A stretch of DNA of 64,000 nucleotides from contig CM059432.1 of NCBI GenBank assembly GCA_030390025.1, forward strand, positions 77,440,001 to 77,504,000, in the 5' to 3' direction. Shown here piece by piece: positions 13,573 to 26,845 of the stretch. Both the position numbers and the translations under genes were made by a program. The stretch is from Squalus acanthias. Taxonomy: Eukaryota. Each line of letters starts with the position of its first letter. Position 1 is the stretch's first letter. The notes under the pieces are model-generated. The model worked only from the letters and a program-made list of their open reading frames with translations. It had not been told where the DNA came from and did not search any database.

Positions 13573-13879
13573 CAGAATCACAGAATCCCCACAGTGCAGA
13601 TAGAGGCCATTTCGACCCATCGAGCCTGCACCAACACATATCCCACCCTATCCCCGTAACCCCACGTATTTAATCCCCCCTAACACACTAAGGGTCAATT
13701 TATCATAGCCAAAGCAACCTAACCCACACATTTTTGGACTGTGGGAGGAAACCGGAGCACCCGGAGGAAACCCACGCAGACACGGGGAGAATGTGCAAAC
13801 TCCACACAGACAGTCACCCGAGGCCGGATTCGAACCCGGGTCCCTGGCACTGTGAGGCAACAGTGCTAACCACTATGCC
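13573..13879 (-). mobile_element. tRNA-derived V-domain (HE1-like) SINE
   Basis: B box gggttcgaatcc; V domain gtgtggagtttgcacattctccccgtgtctgcgtgggtttcctccggg; (attctgtg)n tail; absent from family C copies 2 and 3. Confidence 0.9.
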
Positions 13880-15439
13880 GGGATGGAATCATTCGCCTGC
13901 GGTGCCAGTGACCACAACCCCAATTCCCCTTTCAAAATTTGTCCCACTCCTTACCTTCCCTCTGTTACTGACCATTACAGCATCCTCCTGGCCACAATGC
14001 TGAAATAAAATCCACCACAAAGCAAATTTTCCAATCCAACCTTTTACCTCTATCATCCAATATGACATCAAGAACTTAACTCATTACCCTTGTGCATTCT
14101 CTTAGTGACTGTCTTGTGTGTGCCTTTGCCTATCCTGGTGATGTTACGCAGTGCTACCCCAGTGGCTACAGCATGGCTGGTGGAAGGCTACTGACTTTCA
14201 GTGGGGGAGACTGCAAATGGACTTGCAGGTCGACCTTGAGGAGCTGGTGGCTGGGAGTGTGAGATCGAGTGATGGTGTTCCTTCTTCTTCTTCTTCTTCT
14301 GGCTGGGCAAGCTGCATTTCTTGGGTGTCTGAAATGAGGAAGGCACAAGAGTAGAGTTGTGGTGAGGGGAGGGCGGAAAGCAAGAGGTGCATGCGAGAAG
14401 GAGAATAACGTATGAGGATACCCGCATCTTGTATCCTTTCTGCCCCGCCGCTGGCCAAGGGCTCAGCCATGCCCCTGGCAAGGATGGCCAGCAGCATCTC
14501 CTCCAAGGGGGTGAGGTATAGCTAGGAATGGGAGGTGTGCCTCGTGATTGGTACAGATTGTTGGTAGGTGTGTGATTGGGGGTTGTGCATTGAGCAGAGA
14601 GTGAGGCTAATGGTGCAGTTGGTAGGAGATGGTTTTGAAGATGCATTCACTGACCTTGATCACTGGTCTGAGGTCATGAAGCTTCTTTGGGCACTGGAGC
14701 CAGGTTGTGGGGGTGACACTGCTGGCAGTGACGGCCTTGGTGATCTGGTCCCACATCATTCTTTCTAGAGGGCCTCCTGGCCCCTGTGGGTAGAGGACCT
14801 CTCTTGCAGTGTTGACCCCCTGCACAGAGCTGGAGTGTTGCGCGCGACACGCTGGGTGCCCTTCCCTGGCTTGCTGAGCCATTTGTGTTAGTGCTAAAAC
14901 ACTTTTCCCAGTTTTTGAGGTGCAGAAGGCAATTCAGCTTTAAGAACTGAAGACTCCCATTTGGGAATTCTTTTTAACTTTTTTCAGAATGCAGTTGAAC
15001 TCTAAGGGCTAAAAACTGCTCTCTAAAATGACAACCCTGCTTTAAGAAAAGGCTGTTCTTGCTGCAATGATGCTACGGCCATGCTACTTGGGTCTCATTC
15101 TGGGACTACCGCCAAGAGAACCAGCCTTGCACAGTAAGGTTAGCACTGGGCTAATGTTAATTAGCGACCAGCACCAATTTACCGGTCCTGCCAGCAGCCA
15201 TTAACTCCGGCCCCGCAGTGGCACCGGCAGGTTTATCGCGCTCTCCAATTTTTAGCCCATACGATTTTAAAAATGTTTTTTAAATCTTTGGCTGGAACCA
15301 CCAACCAACCTAAGTTACAACAATGGTGCTGTTGCAATGAATCGCCCTCCCTCCTCCCCACCCCACCACCTGAGGTGAGGGCCACACTGGTGCTGTAAGT
15401 GACTCATCAATATCTATATTACCTTCACCCCCAAAAAAT

Positions 15440-16600
15440 GGGCCTTGGTCAGGGGTTCAGGAAAGAGACGGGCGATGTTATAGAGGTGGAAGTAGGTGGT
15501 CTTTGCGATGGACCGTATAGTCAGCAGAAGCTCAGCTTGGATCAAGTAGGACGCCAAGGTTGCAAACTGTCTGTTTCTGCCTAGGAGAATGACCAGGGAT
15601 CAGGATGGAATCGGAGTCAAGGGTATGGAGTTTGTGGAGGGGTTGAAGCCAATGGCTTTGGTCCTCCCAGTGTTTAACTGGAGAAAATTACAGCTCATCC
15701 AAGACTTTATGTCAGACAAACAGTCTGAAAACAGAGGGCGTGGCGGGGTCTAGAGAGGTGGTGGAGAGATAGAGCTGAGCATTGTCAGCATACATGTGGA
15801 AGCTGACCCCATGTCTTTGAATGATGTTGCCAAGGGACAGCATGTAGATAAGGAAAGGGAAGGGACCAAGGCTAGATCCTTAGGGAAATCCAAAGATAAT
15901 GGCGCGAGGGGGTGGAAAAGAGAACCCATTGTTGGAGATGCTCTGGCTATGATCAGATAGGTAAGAAAAAAACTTAACGATGACAGTCCCACTGAGCTGG
16001 AGAACAGAGGAGAGGCATTGGTAGAGGATAGTTTGGTTGACCGTGTCAAGGGCTGCAAAGAGGTCAAGAAGGATAAGGAGAGATAATGTACCACAGTCAC
16101 AATCACAGAGGATGCCATTTGTGACTTTAGTTAGGGCTGTTTCAGTGCTGTGGAATCTAATTGGAGAGATTCAAATATGCAGCTGCGGGAAAGATTGGCA
16201 CAAATTTAGGAGGCGACAACACATTCGAGGACTTTGGAAAGGATAGGAAAGCTGGAGATGGGGTGGTAGTTTGCAAGGAAAAAAGAAGTTGAGGGTGTTT
16301 TTTTGAGGAGGGGGATGATGATGACAGTTTTAAAAGGGAAGGGGACAGTATCCAAGGAGAAGGAACAATTTATAATATCAGCTAGCATAGGGGCCACGAA
16401 GGGAAGTTGTGTGCTCAGCAGTTTAGTAAGAATAGGGTCAAAGGGAGCAGAAGGTGGGTCGCCGACAAGATGAGCTCAGAGAGGGCGTGAGGAGAGATGG
16501 GAGAGAAATTAGAGAGAGACATGGACTTGGGGCTAGGCCAGAAGTGAACCTGGGAGGGGGTTTGACTTGGTGGGCAAGGGGCGTAAGAAACAGCTGTTAG
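15440..16600 (-). mobile_element. Old L2-like LINE RT fragment
   Basis: IINCSFSLDTVPFPFKTVIIIPLLKK...NYHPISSFPILSKVLE; heavily frameshifted. Confidence 0.75.
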
Positions 16601-17549
16601 ATTCATAGATGAAGTTTGACTCTCAGAACAGAAATTAAAATGCAGCCAGGAACAAATGGGTGAAGTGTCAGCAAGGTCGAGTAACAAACACCAAAATGAT
16701 AAGAAGGTCGTAAAATGCAAGAAAACACGGGAGGATAGTCATTGCTAGACAATAAGGAGCCACAAAGCCATAAAGTGTCCTTGAAGAAACATAACAAAAC
16801 ATTCCTCAGAAAGATAAGAGAAAAGGCCTCTGCAGCCATGCAGAAAGAAGCAGTGAGGGATGTTTTCCGGCACCACACTTGGGATATAGATGATTATAGG
16901 TGATTGACATTAGCGAGATCACAGCCCACCGAAATAATTATAAATATAGTGGGCTGAGAGCAGAAGTCAGACAGCGAGGGACGAAGGCTTCTTCGAGGTG
17001 GAAATCAATGCTGGCTCAGGCCTAACACCTTGACTAGGTTCAGCCTCTGAGGTGGATCAATGCTGGCTTATGCTGAACACCTCCAACAGCCAGGGGGACA
17101 AATCAACAGAGGCGACTGCTGTTGCTGACTGCAGAGACTCGCTGACCCAAGACCTCCACGCTGTCTCTTCAGACATCTAACCAACCGTTCGTCCAGTCGT
17201 GGTGTTCCGCTTCGGGAGTCGTAGATCGCTCTCTACTGTCAAGGGTTGTATGTCTATTATATTCAGCTTAAACCATATGTAATATCTGATTATGCTTTAA
17301 AACTGTAGCTCTTTAATACAAGCCTTGCAACTCCTAAAACCCTTTGGGTAATCTGTGTGTGACCTGTGATCTGGATCTTACAGGGAAAGGGAGCAATCAG
17401 CAGAGGCAGCTGAATGAAGGGCCTCATTCTTAGATATCCATCACCTCCTTGCACTTGTTCTTGGAGGTGAGGGTTGAGGGGGCAGGGGATAGGTGGAAAA
17501 ACATCACCTCCAATTTCTCCTGCAAATCAAACAACATTCTGTTTTGGAC

Positions 17550-17735
17550 ATATATCGCTGTGCCTTTGTCATTGCTGGGTCAAAATCTTGCAATGACCTA
17601 CCTAACACCATTGTGATAGAATCATTAGTACAAGTCCTGCAGTAGTTCAAGGCGAAGGCCCATCATCACCATCTCAGGGTAACTAGGGATGGACAATAAA
17701 TGCAGCTTTACCAGCATTACACACATTCTAAGAAC
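17550..17735 (+). mobile_element. 3' end fragment of the LINE family at 53923-55750
   Basis: gctgggtcaaaatc...aaggcccatcatcaccatctcagggtaactagggatggacaataaatgc matches the reverse complement of 53945-54105. Confidence 0.7.
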
Positions 17736-20700
17736 ATTTTTTTTTAAAAGCTTCCCTCATCAGGTTCAGGCATCAACATGGGTGTAGACCACAAAGCTGC
17801 TGTGAGGTGATGGAAGCGCTTCATCAAGGCCTGGTTCAGATGATCCCCTAGCAAGCATGATCCCTGAGATGAGCTGATGTGAGTGGAGCAGAAATTCCAC
17901 TGCCCTTCTGGTTCACCCTTGCCGTAACTCTGGCAAGAGTGCTCTGAAAGTGTTGGCAAATAATTTGGGACCCAGAAACGCCAGGTCCTGACCTTGCATG
18001 GGGATTTCTGTAAGTCCCTGGTCATTCAAGGGAAAGCTATCAGCAATATAACGACTCATGGGAAGCCGACTAAGAAATAATCTAACTCACAAGAAAGAAT
18101 TTCTGAAAACTGGCAACTCAGGGATGGTAATGCACAGAAAAGGGATACAAAAGCACAAGCAGAACCCATGTTACTTACTATCTCCTTGTTGGGCCTGGCA
18201 TCCAGTGGAGAGGGCCAACATTAAACATTTTTGAAGCAGCCTCTCCTTCAGCACCCAGTGGAAATGGGCACTCTGCACCTAGAGCACTAATCAGAAGTTC
18301 CAGTCATGTTGTGGGGTGGCCCCCTAATCTGCATAAGGTTTGGGCCCTTAATGAGCCTTGCGCAGAGTTTGTGTGCAGTCTCTGAGCACCAGCAACACTT
18401 TGAGCCAACACTGGAGGGCATAGGGTGCATCAAGCATTAGTAAATCTCAGGGCTCCATACCCGACAATGCAGGACACGTGTCATCAACTTACCACACCCC
18501 ATGTTATGTTGATTTTATGGTTTCCAAGAATCCAGTGTTCAACAATAAAAGAATAACAATTAGATTTATTATGGTGAAAACAACTTTTTATTAAGGCAAC
18601 ATTCAACTTCTGCCTACAGCCTCCATCTTACAGATTGGCCAACTTCTCCAGTCTACCTGATTGTCTTTAATTGAAGCATTGGCACTTACTGATGGTATGG
18701 GAACATCTATAAAATCTCATACTCCATTTGATATATCATTATACTGTCTCCATACATTTCTGGGAGCATATAAGAGAAGAAAATAAAGCTCTAATAAGGT
18801 GAAAAAGAGATAATTGCAGTAATGGTTTAGAACAGCTGTTGACATCAGTAATATTTTAGGAGTGAGAATTGCAATCAAAAAGAGGAATACATATTACAAA
18901 CCCATTCAACAGCCCAGGATTATTAATTTTCCACACTATGATACATAAAATAGATTACATTTTTAAACCAAGACCAGTGAGCCTAAAATGAGTGAAACTT
19001 AACAGATCTGATACTGTGTTCTTGTGGACATTAAGGCTAATCACAGAAACATTCACACCTCAACATACTGTTCAAAAGTTTGACATTACATGAACTTGTA
19101 TGGAAACAAATAGAAAGTGGTTTAGTGTCTTGGAATTCTGTTATAAATGCTGAAAAAACAGTGTACATATTCTACTGATATAAAAGTAACAATTGTTAAC
19201 TTTTAGACCGCGATTGAGCAATGAAATACTGGGCGCACTACACAGAGGTCGTGTCTCTCAATGTTGATAGCTGATAACATCTGTGTGAAGATATGATGTG
19301 TGCACAATTTTAAGGTAGATGGATAAAGATACAAGACAATATGAGAACACTAAAGTTTGATTATGCTGGCTTTGCTTTCTCATTAATAAATTAAATATCA
19401 TCCCACGATGTACTGTTTATTTAATATTAATGAATTTTATGAATAAAAATTCCACTATCCCTGTATTTTGCAGTTTATGTCTAATAATGCAACATTATGA
19501 TGCCACAATCGTTGATATTTTCAGTTTACAATTTAGGGCTGGAATTCACTATTAAATAATAAAAAATAAAATGTAGTAATGGCTACAGTGATAGATGCTG
19601 CTGCTGATTTAATTTTGCATGCAGGGTTGGAAATTCATAGCCTTCCAAGTAAACTTTACAAATGGACACCTGCACAGGGTCACTGCAAATGCAGATACCA
19701 CATTTACTGGAGAGATGACCTTGAAAGAGGTCTCATTAATGGGCATTTGCCAATAAGGAAACTGCACTGCATAATCATTGTACATTACAGGATATGGTGC
19801 AGATGTCAGTGAAGCAAATTTGTAAAAAAGAGTGTGTGCAAGGGACCAATATATTATTTTTTATAGTTACTGCTTATGGTATCAAAGCAAATTATTCAGG
19901 TTTTTATTGTTTACATTTGCCAATTATTAAGTAATATTAATCACTTTATTAATTGGAATTACATCAACTAAAGAAGAGAACCCTGAAGTATTGGAAGCTA
20001 CCACAAATTGCTCAACTAAAAAATAGCATCATCTGCGCAATCCCTATAAAGTAATTTTTATGATGGTACATTTTTATGTCTAATGTTCCCTAAAATGATG
20101 AAAAGAATCCAGCTTACTCACTGACCCGTTCACAGCAGCAATTATTTGGGGTTTATGTTCTATATTTCCATTTATGAGCACTTGCCACAGTCTCACTGTC
20201 CTGCACCATAAAGGTAGAGATTGCCTAATAACGGCTGATAGCGTTTCATGAATAATGTGATATTAGTCATCACTTCAGCATCAACAAATGCTTCAGATTA
20301 ATGCACATAATCTCAGTCTGCCTGATAGTCTAGATCCTGGAATGCTAGTCAGTGCTCCATTAGAATGAGTGACATCTGATTCTATGAGCCAGTCACAACA
20401 GAGACACCTTACTGCTGCAGTGCCACCATGTAGATGACAATGTCAGCAGCCGTGAGTGACATTCAGCAATTTGTTACTTCCTGTCTTAAATTGTAGTTAA
20501 TCTTTCATCCTAAACTGTACACATGTGTGGCTTTAAGTAGGCTATCACAACAAGTACCCAGTAATACTACAGCACATGGAGAGTGACAGAAGGTAAATTG
20601 CTTGTCAGGAGGCCTGTATTTCAATTCGAAGCATATTCCTTCTACGCTGCAAACATTTTCCAATGAAACCTCTTCTGAACAGCTGCTTTCAGAGCTAACT

Positions 20701-21514
20701 ATTTTTGATTTAAATGTCAATAAAGCTCCAAGCCCTTTCAGAATTTTGGCAGGGTATTGCACAGACTGTCCTTCTTTCTCTATGCTTGCTGGCAGGTTGA
20801 GTTCTATTTACCTAATCCTAGGAGCATGCCCCATAATAATTATCATCTCAAGAGACTGTTTACAGTGATAGAAAATGCTGATCGGGACAATAGGTTGCTG
20901 AATTTCATTTTTGGATTACTGTGACAGGTGACTGCAGTTGTAAATACAAATCCCTCTGGAGGATTCAAGCAGTTTGTAGCAGACCAACAGCTGTGAAAAT
21001 GTTGTCTTGTGAAGCACATAAAAAGACAGAATGTCTAAAATGCCGAGGTATTTAACTTCTACTTTAAACAAAAGAAGTGATGTTTTCCTTTTTGTATTAA
21101 CGAGAACAAATTCAGCAAACTAACAAGCTGCTTGTTGGAGCTTGAAGGTGTTCAACCTTGTCAATAAAAAGTGGGAGGTGTTTCTTCAAGCTGAAAACTA
21201 AACAATTATCACCACAAACAAAAACAGAAACTGTTGGAAATAATATCAGGTCAGTCAGCACCTGTAAAGAGAAAAGACAGGTTAACTTTTTGGGTGTAAG
21301 ACTTTTCCTCACAACTGGAAGGGTCTCCCAGCAATTTATTTTCTTTTTAGTTGTACTGTTACGACCACATTTACTGCCAATTATAACCTCTGCCTAGAAA
21401 GACAAATTGGCACATAGTCAGCTATGTTCTTTTATTTTATTTTATGTTCTTTAAGTATTACACAAGATAAGTTTAAATTTTGCTCTAACGAAGGATGGCA
21501 GAACAATTCGAAAA

Positions 21515-24500
21515 AACTTTAAGAATGGATACAGGATCCTAGGCTTTATAAATAGAGGTGTAGAGTACAAAAGAAGAAAGTTATACTAAACCTTTATAAA
21601 TCATTGGTTAGGCCTCAGCTGGAGTATTGTGTCCAATTTTGGGCACTGAGGTCTAGAAATTCTCTGTTGTAGCGCCAGCCGTTAAGGCTGGTTTTGTTGA
21701 AAAAATTGCAGCCACCTCACTTCCACTTGCTTCCGGTGCGGGACACGCAACCACCATTTTGGTGAGGGTCATATTGCTACCGTTGCCAGCGCTGGCCTCT
21801 TAAATTTAAATGAGCAGATTGTGACGTTAATTGGCGTGCAAAACCTGATTTGATGCCACAACTGCTATTTTGGACGCCGCACGCCATAATGCCCTGTCCT
21901 AGCTATACATGGATAAACATGCATGTAGCAGTCCTGCAGAGACGCTGTCAGTGATTCTTAAAGGGACACACACATCTTTCAGATAAGTTTGGATTTTTTA
22001 AATATTTTATTGAAGTAGTGGCTTGGTGCAATACATTAAAAAAATTGTTAAAGTATGCAGAGAGTGCAGGGAGTGCTGCTGGACACTTGCAAGGCCTCGG
22101 ATGGTAAAGGAAGGCCTTTGAGAAGACAGAAAATGCTGGAAATACTCAGCATGTCAGTTAGCATCTGTGGAGAGAGAAACAGAGTTAACGCTTCAGGTCA
22201 AGATGCTGCCTGACCTGCTGAGTATTTCCAGCATTTTCTGCTTTTATTTCAGATTTCCAGCATCCACAGTATTTTGCCTCTGAGAAGACCACTTGCTCAC
22301 AGTCTTGGGGGGAACATGGAGATGAAGCAGAGGCAGCAAAAGGGACAAGCTGCTCACAGAGGGAAGAGGAGGAAGGAGAAGAGGAAGAAGCAGAAGAGGA
22401 AGACACAGAAGAGGAGGAAGCAGAAGGAAGAATGCAACCCAGACAGCCCCTTACTGGCAGGGATATCTGGGATGGAATCATCTGCCTGCGGTACCAGTGA
22501 ACACAACCCCAATACCCCTGTCAACATTTGTCCTACACCTTACCTTCCCTCTGTTACTGACCATCACAGCATCCTCTTGGCCATATTGCTGAAATAAAAG
22601 CCACCACAAAGCAAACTTTCCAATCCAACTTTATCCATATATGCATCCAATATGACATCAATAAATCAACTAATCACCTTTGTGCATTCCCTTAGTGACT
22701 GTCTTGTGTGTGCCTTTGCCTGTCCTACTGATGTCACACAATGTTACCCCAGTGGCTGCAGCATAGCTGGTGGAAGGCTGCTGACTTTCAGTGGAGGACA
22801 CTGCAGATAGCCTTGCAGGACGACCTCAAGGAGCTGGTGGCTGGGAGTGTCAAATCAAGTGACAGTGTTTCTTCTTCTTCTTCACTCTCCTCTCCCTCTT
22901 GGTCAACCTTCTTGGCTGGGAAGGTTGAATTTCTTGGGTGTCTGAAATGAGGAAGGCACAAGGGTAGGGTTGTGGTGAGGGGAGGGCAGGAAAGCAAGAG
23001 GTGCATGCTTACACCATGTGCAGCTTGTACATCAGAAGATATTGTGGGATGAGGGGGAAGTGGAATGTGAGAAGGAGGATAACGTATAAGGATACCAGCA
23101 TTTTGTATTCTTTCAGCCCCGCCGCTGGCCATGTGCTCAACCATGCCCCTGCAAGAATGGCCAGCACCGTCTCCTCCAAGAGGGTGAGGTGAAGCTAGTA
23201 ATGCGAGGTGTGCCTCATGTTGGGTATAGATTGCTGGTAGGTGATTGATGGACTGGTGGTTGTTCATTGAATAGTGTGTGAGGCTAGTGGTACAGTTGGT
23301 AGGAGATGGCTTTTGAAGAGGCATTCACTGACCTTGACCACTGGTCTGAGGTCATGAAACGTCTTTGGGCACTGGAGCCAGGTCCTGGGGGCGAAACTGC
23401 TGGCAGTGACAGCCTCGGTGATCTGGTCCAAAATCCTTCTTTCTGGAGGGCCTCCTGGCCGCTGTGGGTAGAGGACCTTTCGTCCAGTGTTGACCCCTCT
23501 GCACAAAGCTGGAATGCTGTGTGTGAGACCCTGGGTGCCATTTCCCTGGCCTGTTCTGCCATTTGTGTTGGTGCTGAAGCACTTTTACCATTTTTGTTAC
23601 ATGCAGAAGGCAGTTCAGCTTTAAGAACTGAAGACTGCCATTTTTGAATTATATTTTTAAACATTTTCAGAAGGCAGTTGAGCTCGAAGGGTTAAAGACT
23701 GCCTATTTTTAAATTATTTTATTTTATTTTAGATGGCAGTTCCCCTTTAAGGGCTCAAGACGGCTTTCTAAAATGACAGCCTAGCTTTAAGAAAACGCTG
23801 CCTCGATCCAGGAACGCTACGGCCATGCTACATTGGGCCTCCTGCTGAGCGCACCGCCTGAAACAGCTCGTTGCACAGTAGGTTCTGTGCTGCAATTATT
23901 TAAATCAGCAGGCAGCACCAAAATAACAGTGCTGCCTGCGCTCTTTTTACGGGTGCAAGTTAACCTCGCCCCGCGGTGGCACCACCCATTTTCACGGGTT
24001 ATCGGATTTCTAGGCATATATTTTAGGAAGGATGTCAAGACCTTGGAGAGGGTGCAGTGGAGATTTACCAGAATGGTACCAGGGATGAAGGACGTCAGTT
24101 ACGTGGAGAGACTAGAGAAGCTGGGATTGTTTTTCTTAGAGCAGAGAAGGTAAAGGCGATATTTAATAGAGGTGTTCAAAATTATGGAGGCTTTTGATAG
24201 AATAAATAAGGAGAAACTGTTTCCACTGGCAGGAGGGTCGGTAACCAGAGGACACAGATTTAAGACAATTGCCAAAAGAACCAGAGAGGAGATGAGATGA
24301 GATGAGGAGACTTTTTTTTACACCGTGAGGTGTTGTGATCTGGAATGCACTGCCTGAAAGGGTGGAGGAAACAGATTTAGTAGTAACTTTCAGAAGGGAA
24401 TTGGATAAATAATTGAAAAGGGAACATTTGCAGGGCTGTGGGGAAAGAGCAGGGGCTAATTGAATAACTCTTTCAAAGAGCCGGCACAGGCACAACGGGC

Positions 24501-24535
24501 GGAATGGCCTCCTTCTGTGCCGTATGATTCCATGA
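21515..24535 (+). mobile_element. CR1 3' fragment split by the family C insertion (CR1 parts 21515-21649 and 24017-24535)
   Basis: LVRPQLEYCVQFWA before the insertion and FRKDVKTLERVQWRFTRMVPG after it; 3' UTR with tatgattc tail. Confidence 0.85.
21650..24016. mobile_element. Non-autonomous Harbinger family C, copy 2
   Basis: Ends ggtctagaaatt / atttctaggc; colinear with copy 1, including the hairpin at 22127-22240; Myb remnant 23264-23560 (minus). Confidence 0.85.
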
Positions 24536-24846
24536 ACGATCATTGAAAATTGGTTGCACCCATCCCAACTAAGCTGCTCTAGCTAACTTATTTAAACAGA
24601 TTTAAACATGTAGCTTTGCAGTTTATTATTTTTTGACACATACAGCACAGCGCCATCTGGCGTACACGCAGGTGAGAAGATTGCAGTTTATGTGAAAAGG
24701 GAGTGAAATTTCTCGAACAGGTTTTCAGTATCAAAATATTTGACTAATAATAGTTGCCTGGTATGTAGATGTATGAAAAGTTATATGCAAGCTTTTACAA
24801 GTTTTTGAAATGAATCTATTTTGCTTAAGTGTCCGTGTCATTGATG

Positions 24847-25311
24847 TGTCAGCTGAGGCTCAATGGGCAGCACACTCACCTCTGAGTCAGAGGTTGTGGG
24901 TTTCAGCCCCACTCCAAAGACTTGAGCACATAAATCTAGGCTGACATTCCAGTGCGGTGTTGAGGGAGTGCTGCACTGTCAGAGGTGCCGTCTTTCGCAT
25001 GAGACGTTAAACCGAGACCCCGTCTGCTCTCTCAGGTGGAAGTAAAAGATCCCGTGGCACTATTTCAAAGAAGAGATGGGGAGTTATCCCCGGTGTCCTG
25101 GCCAATATTTATCCCTCAGCCAACATAACAAAGAGATTATCTGGTCATTATCACATTGCTGTTTGTGGGAGCTTGCTGTGCGCAAATTGGCTGCAGTGTT
25201 TCCCACATTACAACAGTGACTACACTCCAAAAGTACTTCATTGGCTTTAAAGCGCTTTGAGGAGTCCGGTGGTCATGAAAGGCGCTATATAAATGTAAGT
25301 CTTTCTTTCTT
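24847..25311 (+). mobile_element. tRNA-headed Deu-domain SINE (SacSINE1-like)
   Basis: Core gaggtgccgtctttcgcatgagacgttaaaccgag; tail aaaggcgctatataaatgtaagtctttctttc; further copies at 47353 and 51405. Confidence 0.8.
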
Positions 25312-26656
25312 TAAGTAGGTCAGGTTTTGTTAGTGTGTACAAGGGTGACCCAATGTAGATTCAGCAGATACAAGTGTTCCTACCCGGACACTGTGTTCAA
25401 CTCAAGAAGTGGATTATAAATTAGGATTCGGCATTACCTAAGTCAGATCAGAAGAATTCTGGTCCATCTAGAATCACATGGGGAGCCAATAATATGGCGT
25501 TTGGAGCTTCTAGCATCTTTGCACGTCGGGAACAGACAACCCGTATTATTTGTTGTTAAGGCCTAAGGCCTTGCTGTGAGACTGATGCATGTAGTACAGG
25601 ATAATGCGATGGGAAAGCACCTGTGGTGCTGAGGAATTGTGCACCAAGAATGCACTAGGCACATTTAGGCCTCAAAAAAACATATTAATAAGGTCCTTGC
25701 CCCAAAATGCAGTCTCAGTACCTGGACAGTGCTACTGGAACTCAGTGCCCATATATAGCAGGTGTTGACTATTGGCCTGCTCAGACATGTTGGTTCTTTT
25801 TCCTGCAAAGGGAGTCTACTGGTAGTTGCACCAAGTAGCTGCATATTGACCTGGCAATTTATTGTTTATTTCATGGTGTCTTTGGACATTAGTATTATAG
25901 CAGTTCACATCTTCTTAAAAACCCATCTGCCATCTATGGGTGCTCGCTGAGGGAATAGGAATTGAGCTCTGCCCAAATTAGACCTCTATGTATCCCTCTG
26001 GCCACCCTGCTCTATCTGCTGGTTTTGGAAGAGAGAGAACAGGATCAGAAGAGATATAAAATACAGGCTGGCCTAAATATCTAAGATGATTCCAATCTGA
26101 TGTGTCTTATACAACCACATCTAAAAAAAAGTGGCACAGGATTGGCACAGGCTTTGGGGCGCTGCATATTGTGTTCTTGCCTACAACATCCATAATGGTC
26201 TGCTCTTAGCTGTTAAGGGTTTTATCTGTTCTGTGTCACCACCAGTGCCATCAATGGTCATGCTTATTGAAGGCCATCTTTTTCTGCAAAGAAAAGAACA
26301 TTATGCATTTCTTTAGATGTAGTTTTTCAGGCAGAAGCACAGGTTGCATCATAATGTATATAACTCTGGTAGAATGCAATGTAAAACAAAATTTAGCTTA
26401 CTAGCTGAAAATGGAAAAGAAGGCGAGCTATTTTTTTTAGTCGCTTCTATTTGTGCACAGGAATAGTTAGTGAATAATCTTTCTCAGGTACTGACACATG
26501 TTTTTGTCTTTTCTAGCCTGTTGCAGAAATGCAGAAATATTCTCACTCCCTCCCTTTTCTATTTCATTTATAGCAAGTTACTGGCTAAACTCAAGTCTAA
26601 CAACGTTCAGGCAAATATGGCCAACACCCGCAACCTCTTTGGTTAGGTTATTGCAT

Positions 26657-26745
26657 TGAGTTACATCGAGTCTACAGCACAGAAACAGGCCATTCAGCCC
26701 AACTGGTCTATGCCAGCATTTATGCTCCACATGAGCCCCCTCCCA
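26657..26745 (-). mobile_element. Short CR1-type 3' tail fragment
   Basis: acagcacagaaacaggccattcagccc, the motif found in the other CR1 3' ends. Confidence 0.55.
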
Positions 26746-26845
26746 ACTGTAAGATAACTGCACTCACATTGATATACAGCAATGTGATATAATTGACACT
26801 GCTTCTCATTGCTTACATTGGTAATTTTCTTCAAATCAGGCACCT

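Larger units (their letters stand above)
12798..15258. mobile_element. Non-autonomous Harbinger family C, copy 1
   Basis: Ends ggcctagaaattgg / ccaatttttagccc; degraded Myb exon (MWDQITKAV...TWLQCPKKLHDL) on minus; acidic remnant on plus; colinear with 21650-24016 and 44600-45890. Confidence 0.85.

Noticed and set aside
13820..13879. tRNA gene (also SINE heads at 24847, 35340, 47353 and 55765, and the GGTTCGAATC at 62576)
   Set aside because: A/B-box or T-arm similarity only; no full cloverleaf.
13561..13883. gccgggat direct repeat as SINE TSD
   Set aside because: Empty-site copies of family C already contain gggatatctgggat, so the repeat is not insertion-derived.
16620..17340. CpG-containing stretch with a ~35-bp direct repeat (16995 and 17049), possibly an LTR
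   Set aside because: No termini, TSD or coding similarity could be established.
18650..18760. Exon-like minus-strand segment (also near 29560, 39400 and 46220)
   Set aside because: Stops interrupt the frames or no convincing donor site follows, and no recognisable protein similarity.
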